Sequence record: PV037056.1
DNA from: Staphylococcus phage Fi4S2
Length of the DNA: 64,000 nucleotides
Strand: one strand, 5' to 3'
The notes under the pieces are model-generated. The model saw only the letters and a list, made by a program, of their open reading frames with translations. It was not told where the DNA came from and made no database searches. The position numbers and the translations under genes were made by a program. Below are positions 38,803 through 50,265 of the stretch, piece by piece (positions within the stretch are counted from its first letter, which is position 1; each line of letters begins with the position of its first letter).

Positions 38803-39849
38803 ATGAAAACAAAAAAGCTATCAGAGATACTCTCTAGGCTTATAGATAAGACAATGATTTCTACAGGTAAAATAAATGATTTTACGCCAGGAAGTGTCAT
38901 ACGTTCTCTATATGAAGCTATAGCATTAGAGATAGAACAGTTCTACATGCTCACTAGACAAAATATACTATGGGGTATACAAGAAGGTGTATTACAGGCT
39001 TTTGACTTTAAGAAGAGAAAAGCTAAGAGAGCTTATGGTCAAGTGACTATAGAGTTTTATAATCCTTTGAAAGAGAGACTTACAATTTCTAGAGGTACAA
39101 CATTCACATCTAGTAAGCAAGAAATTACACAACAGTTTGAAACATTAACTGAATATTATGTTGAACCAGGAACAACATCTACAAGAGTAGAAGTTTATTG
39201 TACTTCTATAGGAGAAGTAGGAAATGTACCTGAAGAATCTATAAACATAATCAATACAAGCTCAACTCTAATAAGTAGGGTGTATAATGAAACTTCATTT
39301 AGCACGGGAACAGATGAAGAGCCTATAGAAGATGTAAAAAGAAGATTTAATTTATTTGTAGAAACTAGAGGTAGAGCAACAAATAAATCAATACGTTATG
39401 GAGCAACTCAAGTAGATGAAGTAGCAGGTGTATATGTGTATGAAGAAGTAGGTCATGTTACTGTTTTTACCCACGATAGAAACGGGGAGTTAACACCTGA
39501 GTTAAAGAGTACAGTAACACAAGCATTGGAGGATTATAGACCTAGTGGTATTATGCTAGAAGTAAAACCTGTTATAAAAACAACACAAGACATTAATGTT
39601 ACAGTAACATTATCAGATAAAAATAAAATAACAAACGATTATAAACTTCGCATTGAAAGCACTATTAGAAGTTACTTAAACAACTTTACAGTATCAAAAG
39701 ATTTAATATTATCAGACTTAACACAAGTTATAATGAACATAGATGACTATATGATTTATGATTGTAGTTACAATAATATTACAGGAAATGTTATAACAAA
39801 TCCTGAAGAAATATTGCGCCCAGGTAATATTAATGTTACACTAGTATAG
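38803..39849 (+). CDS. baseplate J-like protein
   Basis: 348 aa, position after gp25-like gene as in Myoviridae baseplate modules. Confidence 0.5.
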   Translation: MKTKKLSEILSRLIDKTMISTGKINDFTPGSVIRSLYEAIALEIEQFYMLTRQNILWGIQEGVLQAFDFKKRKAKRAYGQVTIEFYNPLKERLTISRGTTFTSSKQEITQQFETLTEYYVEPGTTSTRVEVYCTSIGEVGNVPEESINIINTSSTLISRVYNETSFSTGTDEEPIEDVKRRFNLFVETRGRATNKSIRYGATQVDEVAGVYVYEEVGHVTVFTHDRNGELTPELKSTVTQALEDYRPSGIMLEVKPVIKTTQDINVTVTLSDKNKITNDYKLRIESTIRSYLNNFTVSKDLILSDLTQVIMNIDDYMIYDCSYNNITGNVITNPEEILRPGNINVTLV

Positions 39850-39865
39850 AAAGGAGGGAATATTT

Positions 39866-42800
39866 TTGGGTAACTTTTTAAAATACATACATCCTCTACT
39901 GAAAAGAAAGAAAAGTGATAAGAATTATGAGGATGTAAACTACGCTATAATAAACGCACTAGACACTGAAATAAGTGACTTAGAGAAAGAAGCGATGGCA
40001 AGTAAAATACAATCCTCATTAAAAACAGCAAAAGGAGAATATCTAGACCTTTGGGGTGAGTGGTTTTACGTTACAAGAAGAGAGAATGAAGAAGATGACT
40101 TGTATAGAGAACGTATTATAAAGTTCTTATTATTAAAGAGAGGAACTAATAATGCTATTATTGAGGCCTTAAGAGACTTTTTAAATGACTATGATTCCTA
40201 CATCAACATATATGAGCCTTTCACAAATATATTCTATACTAATAAGTCTAAACTTGATGGTGAAGACCATCTTATGGGTGACTATTACCGATTTGCTATT
40301 ATCGACATCACATTAGGTCGTAAGTTTCCTGTAGAGATTATAGATGTTATTAATGAGTTCAAACCAGCAGGGGTTAAGTTTTATTTAACTTATGACCATG
40401 CTAGAGATGTCGAAGGTGATGGCATTATAGAGATGCCTCCAGCTAATGTAGAGATAACAGCTAGAACTCATATAAGCACATTAGGTGGCTATGGAGGTTA
40501 TATTAGAGGCCACGTTAATTTAGGAAATCTAACTTATAAATCCATTTTTGACTATGAAGATGATGGAGAGGGTAACAATAACATCTTTAGAACTGATGAC
40601 TCCCTAATCAACAGTTTAGATGTTCTAGGTGGGGAAGCAGGAGCAGGAAGTAAATATACTAATACTGCTATGTTAACATCAAAAGCTTACTACCCTACAC
40701 TTCAAGATACAGCACATACTTTTAGTGAAACAAGTGGTGTTACATTGCTAGACTCAGAGTTTAATAGAGGTACAAAGAAAATAGATAATCTAGTAGGCTC
40801 TTTAAAAACATTAGGAGGTAACAAAGAAAGTAACCTTTATATAGGTCTTGATGTCTATCGTTACTTAAATCTAAATTACCCTAGTACAGTTAAGAATTAC
40901 ACAGATACTTCAGAGCTAAAAAACAAAATTACTAAGGTAGCAAAAGACCCTAAGATAGTTTTTAAAGCTAATGCTCTAGTGTCACCTTCAGAACCCGTAT
41001 CAGCCCATACGTATATATTTAACTTTACTAACAACCAATGGGACTTTTTAGATACAGTAAATCTTGACTTAAATGGTGTTCATAATACCGCAGAGCTAGG
41101 TAACTTGTATGACAACATATCAGATACTGGAACTGTATTCTTGAAGGGTGTGGTAGACGCTACTGAAGAGCCGATACAGATAAATGTAGACTATCTAGAC
41201 CTGTCCTTTAAAGACTATGTAAAAGATTACTATACTATAATGCCTTATGAAGGTTCAGTAGAAGGTTATCATAAGATTGTAAATCTAGCTGTACAAGTTA
41301 ACGCCTATAAGACATATACAGGCTCTAACCCTGAAGTTATGTTAGATTCTTATTACAGACCAACGGGATTTTATAGGATTAAAGGTTTAGGCTCTACTAG
41401 AATATCTCATGTGTTGAAAGATGAAGATTATAATATGGGTATAGAATCTGAAGAGAACAGCTATCACTATTTACCTACAGGGCTTCTTAGTAAAGAATAT
41501 CTTAAACCCTTTACTATTACAGATGACAAAACTTATTTAACTTTGGATAATAATTTCAACTTTGCTGAATACTACACACTTAGCTTTATGCTAGATAATA
41601 GTGAGGACATTAACACCAGTGAGTATAAATTACACTTCTATCAAGAAAGAAAGTCAACAAATACTCAAGAGCTTGTAGCTACTTTTAACTTATCCGATAG
41701 CTCTAAAAGCTCAGAAGAGGTGTTTAGTCAAACTAAGCAATTCCTTAAGTTCCCGTACAAAGAAGCTATTGGTGACGATGACATTAACTTTTATGTTAAA
41801 GCTGAATATACTGGTCAGAATGCACAAGAACCTTTACAGGTTAAAGCATTTGTGTTAAAAAATTCTAGTATAGTTAAGGATGTTCCCTCAGATGCTAGCT
41901 CTATTTCTTATGGAGGTCAGAGTAATCTAAGAGATTACACAATAGAGGATACAGAAAATGGTGTGTACTTAAAATCACCTACTGATGGTATTTTTGACTT
42001 TGCCTTAAGTTTCCCTGATGCTCCTAAGACAGACAAGGAGAAACCCTATTATTACAATGAACTTATTGAAAAAGGACTTACACCGTCACTTTTAATACCG
42101 TACAAGGTTACTGATGGTACTAAAGGTAGTGGCATGGTTAGAGCATACATCAGAGACACTAATACAAGTTCTATTATTTCTAGCTTTTATATAAACAATA
42201 ACAAGGATTCAAGTTCTCCTTATGACTATATAAACATACCATTATCTAAGTTAAGTTCTTCTAGTAGCATTTACATGTCTACAAGTAGTATCACTGGGCT
42301 TAAGATTATAGGTAATATGAAAATAGCATTTTACACAGAAGACAATGCACTAACTTTATCATCAGGAATGTCTTACTTGCCTATAGTATCTAAAGAGTAC
42401 ATTGTTAAAGGTGAGATGACAGTTAGGTTTAAGATGAATAAGAAATATAGTACACAAGAACTTCAGTTGTATTATGGTACGAGTAACTCTCAGGGACTGG
42501 AAAATGTGCCTTACCCATTAGCTAATACCCAACAAGTTACTTCTACCGTTGTAGATGATACTACAAATGAGTATCTGTTTACGGTTAAAATACCTACAGC
42601 ACGTAGAGGTTATAATATAGAAGATGTTTACTCATTGTTAACTGACATGTCTAAACTTGAAGTAGAATCCAAAGATGATACGACAGAAGTTTATAATGAT
42701 TACGATGACACGTATACAATAATTAATTATAGTAACCCTATAGACGTAAGTATACCTATATATAATAGTACTGTATTTAAAGAGTATCCTGTTGTTAATA

Positions 42801-43879
42801 GCTCTGTTGATACCTATCAGTTATATTTAAGTCTGATGAGTCCTGTAGACACAACAGTTAAACTATCTACTACTGTATCAGAAGAGCAAACGTATGAGTT
42901 AGAGGCTAATAAAATATACCGACTACATATTCAAACCCCTATCTCAAATGGTCGTAATGCACCTATAAACTTGAATATTAAATCAAGCAGTACTGAGTTG
43001 ACTTATGGTTCATTTATTTATGTGAATGATGACCAAGACTTAGCTCGATTTATTAAAGAAGAAGAACCTATAAAGATAGCAGTACCTATGCAAGAAGACT
43101 CTTTACAAGTTAGAGACTTAGAAGTTACAGTACCACAGTCAGAAGATAGTGAAGATGGTGTTACTGACTCTTATCTAACGGTTACTTCAACAGACGGTAG
43201 TGAGATACCTCTATATGAGTATCGTGCGGATTCTTTAAATAAGGAGCGTAAAAACTATAGTCTTCATGGTAACTACACTAACATCAGTAAAGTTACTTAC
43301 CATTCAGACGGAATCTTGAAGAATGTTGAGATTGAGCGTTCTATTGATGGTAAAAACTGGAAGCCGATAGAAAGTATAATACCTGACCTAGCTGAAGGTG
43401 AGACATCAGTTATTAATAATGAGTTGATTGGTAAATATGGTATTGATGTCTTTAGTTTAGATACCATTAATGCAATGTCTAAAGTTCTTCTTAGAAGTAT
43501 ATGGGAGACAAAAATAGAAGAGTTTGAAAATGGTAGTGACATAGATGTCAATAGTGTCTCTGATGATTTCTTTAATACTACCTTTACTAACATTGTACAT
43601 ATGGCTGAATTAAAAGAGAATAAAATCACAGTCATTACTGATGTACGAGGCGGTAATATGGATAACTCATCAGGAGAGGTAATTAGTATGAGTGGCTCAG
43701 ACCCTATGTCAAGAGCTGTAATCCATATGAATTCAGAGACCGATACTAGATACAATCTACCATTATTAGCAGGTTCTTACGTAGCATTAGAAGAACTAGG
43801 TGACAAGACTTATAACGATACTGAGTATGAAGTTAATGAGGACTATAAAGCCTATTCTTATAGAAAAGAAAATAGTTAA
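39866..43879 (+). CDS. large baseplate/tail morphogenetic protein
   Basis: 1337-aa ORF in baseplate module. Confidence 0.55.
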   Translation: MGNFLKYIHPLLKRKKSDKNYEDVNYAIINALDTEISDLEKEAMASKIQSSLKTAKGEYLDLWGEWFYVTRRENEEDDLYRERIIKFLLLKRGTNNAIIEALRDFLNDYDSYINIYEPFTNIFYTNKSKLDGEDHLMGDYYRFAIIDITLGRKFPVEIIDVINEFKPAGVKFYLTYDHARDVEGDGIIEMPPANVEITARTHISTLGGYGGYIRGHVNLGNLTYKSIFDYEDDGEGNNNIFRTDDSLINSLDVLGGEAGAGSKYTNTAMLTSKAYYPTLQDTAHTFSETSGVTLLDSEFNRGTKKIDNLVGSLKTLGGNKESNLYIGLDVYRYLNLNYPSTVKNYTDTSELKNKITKVAKDPKIVFKANALVSPSEPVSAHTYIFNFTNNQWDFLDTVNLDLNGVHNTAELGNLYDNISDTGTVFLKGVVDATEEPIQINVDYLDLSFKDYVKDYYTIMPYEGSVEGYHKIVNLAVQVNAYKTYTGSNPEVMLDSYYRPTGFYRIKGLGSTRISHVLKDEDYNMGIESEENSYHYLPTGLLSKEYLKPFTITDDKTYLTLDNNFNFAEYYTLSFMLDNSEDINTSEYKLHFYQERKSTNTQELVATFNLSDSSKSSEEVFSQTKQFLKFPYKEAIGDDDINFYVKAEYTGQNAQEPLQVKAFVLKNSSIVKDVPSDASSISYGGQSNLRDYTIEDTENGVYLKSPTDGIFDFALSFPDAPKTDKEKPYYYNELIEKGLTPSLLIPYKVTDGTKGSGMVRAYIRDTNTSSIISSFYINNNKDSSSPYDYINIPLSKLSSSSSIYMSTSSITGLKIIGNMKIAFYTEDNALTLSSGMSYLPIVSKEYIVKGEMTVRFKMNKKYSTQELQLYYGTSNSQGLENVPYPLANTQQVTSTVVDDTTNEYLFTVKIPTARRGYNIEDVYSLLTDMSKLEVESKDDTTEVYNDYDDTYTIINYSNPIDVSIPIYNSTVFKEYPVVNSSVDTYQLYLSLMSPVDTTVKLSTTVSEEQTYELEANKIYRLHIQTPISNGRNAPINLNIKSSSTELTYGSFIYVNDDQDLARFIKEEEPIKIAVPMQEDSLQVRDLEVTVPQSEDSEDGVTDSYLTVTSTDGSEIPLYEYRADSLNKERKNYSLHGNYTNISKVTYHSDGILKNVEIERSIDGKNWKPIESIIPDLAEGETSVINNELIGKYGIDVFSLDTINAMSKVLLRSIWETKIEEFENGSDIDVNSVSDDFFNTTFTNIVHMAELKENKITVITDVRGGNMDNSSGEVISMSGSDPMSRAVIHMNSETDTRYNLPLLAGSYVALEELGDKTYNDTEYEVNEDYKAYSYRKENS

Positions 43880-43888
43880 AAATAATGC

Positions 43889-43917
43889 TTGCATACTACT
43901 TGTAGGTGTGTTATACT
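43889..43917 (+). promoter_or_regulatory. sigma-A-type promoter embedded in an inverted repeat
   Basis: TTGCAT-17 bp-(TGt)TATACT; flanked by atgcttgcatactact (43885-43900) and agtagtagcaagcat (43920-43934). Confidence 0.5.
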
Positions 43918-43952
43918 ATAGTAGTAGCAAGCATATACATGATTTATAGCTT

Positions 43953-44513
43953 TTGTATGTTATATTACTAAAAAAGAGGAGAGATTTAAAGATGGCAGTA
44001 GCTACTTATAACTCACATGTTGAGTCAGCAAAATACTTTTTAGACAAAAACGCATCAACATATTTAGCAATAGGAAAGACATCTACATGGTCTGATGAGG
44101 AAAACCCACCTCAAGACGACCCTAATGCAACAAAATTAGAAGAAGTAATAGGTTATAAAAAAGCTGATAAGGTTTCATTATGTAGACCTTTAGTTAGTGG
44201 AGAAGAGACTACATTTACAAAAATTGTTTATGGGAATAAAACTTGGGTCTTAGTACCTAAAGACCAAGCTACAGAAGAAGGAGCTAAGTGGCTATACGCA
44301 CATGCTACTATTGAAGCTGATGACTTACCATTAGGTATGTACCGACAAGTTGGTATCCACGTAGACTTAACACCTGGTAGTGGAATCTCTAAATTAAATC
44401 TTTTACCATCTGAAGTAAGTAATTTAGGTACTTTAATGGCTATTGATAATAGAGAGCATCAAAACCGTATTGCTTCAAGTTCTGTAGAAGAAGCTTTTAT
44501 CTTAGCATTTTAA
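43953..44513 (+). CDS. tail-associated hypothetical protein
   Basis: 186 aa; RBS AAGAGGAG. Confidence 0.5.
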   Translation: MYVILLKKRRDLKMAVATYNSHVESAKYFLDKNASTYLAIGKTSTWSDEENPPQDDPNATKLEEVIGYKKADKVSLCRPLVSGEETTFTKIVYGNKTWVLVPKDQATEEGAKWLYAHATIEADDLPLGMYRQVGIHVDLTPGSGISKLNLLPSEVSNLGTLMAIDNREHQNRIASSSVEEAFILAF

Positions 44514-44534
44514 TAAGGAAGGAGAACAACACTA

Positions 44535-47500
44535 ATGGCTTATGATTTTTCAAGCAGACCATATTATGATAGATTTAACCAAAGCAAGAATATAACAAGA
44601 GTTCTATTTAAACCCGATGTTCCCTTACAAAACTCAGAATTGAATGAGATGGCATCAATCCAATCTAGTTCACTTCAACTATTAGGAGATTCTATCTTTA
44701 AAGATGGAGACATGCAATCGGGATTGAACTATACGATAGATGGAAATAATGTATTAACAGTTAACCCTGGTTATCTGTATATACAAGGCAAGATGAGATA
44801 CTATGATTCTAACGATAGTGTTAAACTAACAGGAGTAGGTAAAGAGCAAGTTGGTATTAAAGTTGTTGGCTCTATTGTAACTAGTGATGATGACAATAGC
44901 TTATTAGACCCTGCTACAGGAGCTCCAAGTTATTTCTCTGAAGGTGCAGACCGTTTTAAAGAGGAATTAAAATTAACATTAAACGACCCAACATCTGCTA
45001 CTATCTATACATTCCAAAATGGAGACTTATTTACCAAACCGAGTGACCCTCAATTTGATAAAGTAGTTAAAGTTATGGAGCAACGTACTTTTGAGGAATC
45101 AGGTTCTTACAAAGTACAAGGCCTTACAATCTTCTCAGCGGAAGAGCAAGATGAAGAAAGTGGTTTTGTTAATATTGTAGTAGATACAGGAGTAGCTTAT
45201 GTAAAAGGTAGACGTATTGAAAAACCTACTTCTACACATATTGCTCTAGACTCAGCTACTGATTTAGAGAATGCACAGAATGAGAGTACTATTTATAACA
45301 AATCTACTGATAGAATTAGATTAGCTAATACACCTGTAAAAGACATTAATCGTGTATCAGCATCTGTTGCAATCACTAAAGAACGTAAAACAAGAGATGC
45401 TATTGGAGACTCTCAAGACTATTTATCTAATAATACAGCTTATAAGATTACTAGAGTTTGGACTGAGAACTCAAGTGGTGATGTAACTAAAGAATATAAA
45501 CAAGGAGAAGACTACAACCTGATTGATGGTCAAGCAGTAGATTGGTCTCCTGGAGGTCAAGAACCTTCATCAGGAGCATCTTACTATGTAGCATATGAGT
45601 ACACTAAAAGATTAGAAAAGGGTGTAGACTTTGTTGTAGAGACTGAAGGTGAAGGACAATTTAAACGTTGGTTCCTTAACTTCTCTAAAGCAACAGGTGT
45701 TAAGCCTATTGACCAATCATTAGTTCAAGTAGACTATACTTTCTACTTAGCTAGACAAGATTTACTTAGTTTAAATGTAGATGGTGAAGTAGTTGTACTT
45801 AAAGGTAAACCTAACTTAATGAGATTAGTTAACCCACCAATCCAGGAAGACCCTGAGACATTACAACTAGGTTATGTTACGGTCTTACCTAACTCTACAG
45901 AAACAGACTGTGTTACTGATGCTATAACTAACTTATCTATGGAGCAATTACAAAAAGTTAAAACACGAGTAGATAACTTAGAAATTAACCAAGCTATTAA
46001 TGCATTAGATGATGGGGCTATGGAAGGTCAGAACCCATTGAACTTACGTTCAGTATTCAGTGAAGGCTTTATTAGTTTAGATAAGGCTGACGTTTCTCAC
46101 CCTGACTTTGGTGTAGCATTTAGTTTTGATGATGCAGAGATTACGTTACAGTTTACAGAAGAAGTACAATCACCAATTGTTTCTGAACTTACAACTAATG
46201 CTCATGTATGGGGACGTATTATATCCGCTCCTTTTACAGAAGAACTTTCTATCTATCAACCATTAGCTTCTGAACCATTAAACGTTAACCCTTATAATAT
46301 ACCTAACAAACAAGGGGTTATGAAGTTAACACCATCTGAAGATAACTGGATTGATGAAGAACGTGTTACTATTACAGAACAGAAAACTAAGACGATTACT
46401 ATGAACCGTTGGTGGAGACACCCTGGTCGTGATTTTGGTTCTAAACAAGATTACTACCAAAGTAATATCCAACTTGATAAAGGCCAAGTGTGGGAAGGTA
46501 AGTCTTATGCTTATGATAAAAAGCATGGACGTACAGGTACACTACTAGAGTCAGGTGGTCATAGAACGTTAGAAGAAATGATTGAATTTATTAGACAAAG
46601 ACAAGTTAAGATTGATGTCAAAGGATTAAATCCTAATGATAATGACTTATACTTACTGTTTGATGGCATCCGTTGTGCCTTAACTCCTGCATCAGGATTT
46701 AGAAAAGGTAGTGAGCCTGGTACAGTCATGTCTGATGAGAAGGGTAGAGTTAAAGCAACATTTGAAATACCAGCAGGTGTACGTTGTGGTAACAGAGAGG
46801 TTACATTGAAAAATGCTAACTCTACAAGTGCAACGACTTACTCAGCTCATGGACGTAAGAAGATTACACAAGACATTATCTTAAAAACACGTGTTACAAT
46901 TAACTTAGTTGACCCATTAGCGCAATCATTCCAATATGAGGAGAACCGTATTATATCATCACTGGGTCTATACTTCGCATCTAAAGGAGACGCTAACTCT
47001 AATGTTACAGTACAGATTAGAGGAATGGGAGACCAAGGTTTCCCTAACAAAACTGTCTATGCAGAAACTGTGTTGAATGCTGATGAGATTAAAGTATCTA
47101 AGAATGCTAGTGCAGAAACTAGAGTATACTTTGATGACCCTATGATGGCAGAAGCAGGAAGAGAGTATGCTATTGTTATTATGACAGAAAATAGTGACTA
47201 CACTATGTGGGTTGGTACAAGAACACAACCACGTATTGACAAACCTAGTGAGAACATCTCAGGTAATCCATATGTACAAGGTGTACTATTTAGTTCATCA
47301 AACGCATCTACATGGACTCCACATCAAAACTCTGACCTTAAATTTGGTATCTATACACCAGTATTTGAGAAAGAGGCAGTAATAGAGTTTGACTCTATGA
47401 AGAATGTTAAAGCTGATAGACTTGTATTAATGTCTACATACTTAACACCTGAAAACACAGGATGTGCTTGGGAAGCTAAGATTCTGAGAGAAGACATGGA

Positions 47501-47996
47501 TTCTAGTGTAACGATTGACTCACTTCCATGGCAACCAATAGCTAACTACCAAGATTTAGAACTTATAGAGATTGCTAAAGAAGTAAAATTAAAAGCAACT
47601 TTTGATTCTAATAAATACATTTCTCCACTATTATCTGTTAGTGACTTGACATTCACATCATTCTTGACTGAATTAACAGGAAGTTATGTAGGTAGAGCTA
47701 TAGACATGGCTGAAGCTCCTTACAATACGATTAGATTCAGTTATGAAGGCTTCTTACCAAAAGGTACAAAGATTATCCCTAGATACTCTACTGACAATGG
47801 TGAGACTTGGAAGACTCTAAGTAGTTCTCCAACAACACAAAAAGCCAATAATGAGTTTACACGTTATGTATATGATGAAAAAGTTACTACTGGAGCTAAG
47901 TTTACAAAACTACAAGTTAGGCTAGACCTTTCTACTGAAAATAGTTTCTTAAGACCACGTTGTAGAAGATTGATGGTCACTACAAGAGATGAGTAA
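44535..47996 (+). CDS. large tail fibre/adsorption-associated tail protein
   Basis: 1153 aa; size and position match the adsorption-associated tail protein of K-like phages (from memory). Confidence 0.55.
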   Translation: MAYDFSSRPYYDRFNQSKNITRVLFKPDVPLQNSELNEMASIQSSSLQLLGDSIFKDGDMQSGLNYTIDGNNVLTVNPGYLYIQGKMRYYDSNDSVKLTGVGKEQVGIKVVGSIVTSDDDNSLLDPATGAPSYFSEGADRFKEELKLTLNDPTSATIYTFQNGDLFTKPSDPQFDKVVKVMEQRTFEESGSYKVQGLTIFSAEEQDEESGFVNIVVDTGVAYVKGRRIEKPTSTHIALDSATDLENAQNESTIYNKSTDRIRLANTPVKDINRVSASVAITKERKTRDAIGDSQDYLSNNTAYKITRVWTENSSGDVTKEYKQGEDYNLIDGQAVDWSPGGQEPSSGASYYVAYEYTKRLEKGVDFVVETEGEGQFKRWFLNFSKATGVKPIDQSLVQVDYTFYLARQDLLSLNVDGEVVVLKGKPNLMRLVNPPIQEDPETLQLGYVTVLPNSTETDCVTDAITNLSMEQLQKVKTRVDNLEINQAINALDDGAMEGQNPLNLRSVFSEGFISLDKADVSHPDFGVAFSFDDAEITLQFTEEVQSPIVSELTTNAHVWGRIISAPFTEELSIYQPLASEPLNVNPYNIPNKQGVMKLTPSEDNWIDEERVTITEQKTKTITMNRWWRHPGRDFGSKQDYYQSNIQLDKGQVWEGKSYAYDKKHGRTGTLLESGGHRTLEEMIEFIRQRQVKIDVKGLNPNDNDLYLLFDGIRCALTPASGFRKGSEPGTVMSDEKGRVKATFEIPAGVRCGNREVTLKNANSTSATTYSAHGRKKITQDIILKTRVTINLVDPLAQSFQYEENRIISSLGLYFASKGDANSNVTVQIRGMGDQGFPNKTVYAETVLNADEIKVSKNASAETRVYFDDPMMAEAGREYAIVIMTENSDYTMWVGTRTQPRIDKPSENISGNPYVQGVLFSSSNASTWTPHQNSDLKFGIYTPVFEKEAVIEFDSMKNVKADRLVLMSTYLTPENTGCAWEAKILREDMDSSVTIDSLPWQPIANYQDLELIEIAKEVKLKATFDSNKYISPLLSVSDLTFTSFLTELTGSYVGRAIDMAEAPYNTIRFSYEGFLPKGTKIIPRYSTDNGETWKTLSSSPTTQKANNEFTRYVYDEKVTTGAKFTKLQVRLDLSTENSFLRPRCRRLMVTTRDE

Positions 47997-48009
47997 TAAG
48001 TAATTAGGG

Positions 48010-48036
48010 AGGCTAGGTTAATTCCTAGCCTTTTCT
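48010..48036 (+). terminator. rho-independent terminator
   Basis: ggctagg-ttaatt-cctagcc + TTTTCTT. Confidence 0.55.
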
Positions 48037-48051
48037 TATATATAAAATATA

Positions 48052-48080
48052 TTGACGTACTATATTAACTATGGTATACT
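48052..48080 (+). promoter_or_regulatory. sigma-A-type promoter with extended -10
   Basis: TTGACG-17 bp-(TGg)TATACT, then AAGGAGATG RBS for 48108. Confidence 0.55.
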
Positions 48081-48107
48081 TGTTAAGTAACAAGGAGATG
48101 ATACATT

Positions 48108-48293
48108 ATGGCTAGAGACTACAGAGACCCTTATTCCAAGGCTTTAGTTTTTATACCAACAAAAGAAGACAAAGATAGACTAGAAGAACAAAAAGAGATG
48201 CAAAGAAAGAGTAAATTACTTGATGACAAACTGAGTCAAGCTGATGAACTAATAGCTAAATTAAATGCTCAATTAGAAAGGAAGGAACAATAG
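48108..48293 (+). CDS. small coiled-coil protein
   Basis: 61 aa with good RBS and its own promoter; stop overlaps next start (TAGATGG). Confidence 0.45.
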   Translation: MARDYRDPYSKALVFIPTKEDKDRLEEQKEMQRKSKLLDDKLSQADELIAKLNAQLERKEQ

Positions 48294-50249
48294 ATGGCTT
48301 TTAAGTACACTAAAGTTCAAGATACAGACTATGTAAGAGAAATATCTCATACACTAAATAGTGTAGGGGATTACCTCCAAACTATGTCTAATGAACGTGA
48401 CACACTACCATATATATCTCAACTATTAGTTACAGATTCTGCTAATATTTTACAGACAAATGTTGTATATTATTTAACAAACATACAAGGGTTTCCCCAA
48501 AGATTTGGGGCTAGTGCTAATGGGTATGGTATGTTATTGAGACGTAACCCATCAGTAACCTATTACACATTTGTATTTTTACCTTACAATAGCTCAGTAA
48601 TATACTATAGAGTTTTCAACGGAGCGTGGCAAGATTGGCAGAGTACTCTAACTACAGAAAACACTACTAATTATCAGAAGTATGCTTTTACAGATGAACA
48701 AGGTCAAGTAAGTAATAATAAATCTATAGACATTAAGAATACTACGGGCTACAGTAAGAGTAAAGGTACTCTAGTTGATGCGCCAACTGAAGACTCTAAA
48801 GGATGGATAGACTATTCTGATACACAGGGTGGGGAAGCATCACAAACACTATTTAACCCTACAGAAAGTACATCGTTATTTACAAAACAGAAGAAACAAG
48901 CAATTGTAAAACAAAATCCAAATATTATTCAAGATTCCTTATTTACAAATCATGTACCTTATACTTATATATTCCAAAATGATACAAACTATTGGGGAAC
49001 AAGTAAAGGAGTAGGTAGGGTAATAAGAACAGATAAAAAATTTAAAGGGCAGAATATAGTAGAATTAAATGACACTAAAGGTTCCTACGTAACGTTTAGA
49101 GGGAAAGCACTTACTGTAGGTGAAGGTAAAGACTTACAAGTAGGTAAAACTTATACTCTCTCAGCCTATGTTATGACACCTGATGTAAGTAAACTAAAAG
49201 AAAATTACCCTTATATAGAGGTGTCTTATCCAACATCACTAGACACTCAATCAAACCCGACTATAGATAGTCAGTTAGACATAACAGGGCTAGAGAATAA
49301 TCAATGGAAAAGAGTATCTGTAACTTTCACTGTACCTAGTAATGTTACTTACGCTAGACCAAATTTAAGGTTTAACATTTCTAAATCAGGAACTAATAAT
49401 GGAGGTCTTGTATACTATGCACTACCAAAATTAGAGGAAGGTTCTGAAGCTACACCTTTTATTACTAATTCTAACGATTCAAAACAGTTTGATGAACTTT
49501 GGTCTAACTGGAATGAATATATTTCTAAAGAAAAATTAGCAGAAACTGCTCCTACAGACATACTAGGAAAGGTAGGCTACTTTAAGTACCCTCTAACTAA
49601 AGAGTTCTTAGATAACTTAGGTATGGACTTTTACACTTATGTTGGTGACTTACCACAAGGATTCCATACTTTCTATATGCAAAATGGTGCACCAGGTAAT
49701 GTCTTTAATGATTCTGTCAGAGGTACTATCATGCTTGATTACTCTCAAGGTGACGAGATGTCTACTAATAAACGGTATGCAATAGTAGAGTGTGTAAATA
49801 ATAAAGGGGTTCATTATAGTGCTTTCTTTGACTGGGGTAATGAGCCTAGACAAATAGTTAGACAATCTGAAATGCAAACACTTCTATGGGAAGACCCTGA
49901 TACTTTTGACTTAGCAACAGGTGGGACGATAACTTTAAATGATGATTACACTAACTATAATGCATTAGACTTTGTAATATACTTCGGAGCATCTTCTACC
50001 TATAGAACTATAAGAGCATACCCGTCTTCATCTACTATAGCCTTTAGAGACCTTAACTTATCTAACAATAGTACGAGTGGTGGATTAGATACATTTGAAG
50101 GTAACATAAGCTTTGCAGATAGTAAAACAGTGAAGGCAGACTTTGCTAAACAAGTGTTGCTGAAGGTAGGGTCAGGTACTGAAACAATATCTTGGAATCA
50201 AACAAATACGGTTAAAATATACAAAATAATAGGTGTTCACACAGTATAA
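48294..50249 (+). CDS. tail fibre protein
   Basis: 651-aa ORF in distal tail module. Confidence 0.5.
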   Translation: MAFKYTKVQDTDYVREISHTLNSVGDYLQTMSNERDTLPYISQLLVTDSANILQTNVVYYLTNIQGFPQRFGASANGYGMLLRRNPSVTYYTFVFLPYNSSVIYYRVFNGAWQDWQSTLTTENTTNYQKYAFTDEQGQVSNNKSIDIKNTTGYSKSKGTLVDAPTEDSKGWIDYSDTQGGEASQTLFNPTESTSLFTKQKKQAIVKQNPNIIQDSLFTNHVPYTYIFQNDTNYWGTSKGVGRVIRTDKKFKGQNIVELNDTKGSYVTFRGKALTVGEGKDLQVGKTYTLSAYVMTPDVSKLKENYPYIEVSYPTSLDTQSNPTIDSQLDITGLENNQWKRVSVTFTVPSNVTYARPNLRFNISKSGTNNGGLVYYALPKLEEGSEATPFITNSNDSKQFDELWSNWNEYISKEKLAETAPTDILGKVGYFKYPLTKEFLDNLGMDFYTYVGDLPQGFHTFYMQNGAPGNVFNDSVRGTIMLDYSQGDEMSTNKRYAIVECVNNKGVHYSAFFDWGNEPRQIVRQSEMQTLLWEDPDTFDLATGGTITLNDDYTNYNALDFVIYFGASSTYRTIRAYPSSSTIAFRDLNLSNNSTSGGLDTFEGNISFADSKTVKADFAKQVLLKVGSGTETISWNQTNTVKIYKIIGVHTV

Positions 50250-50265
50250 GAGGGGGAATTTATAA

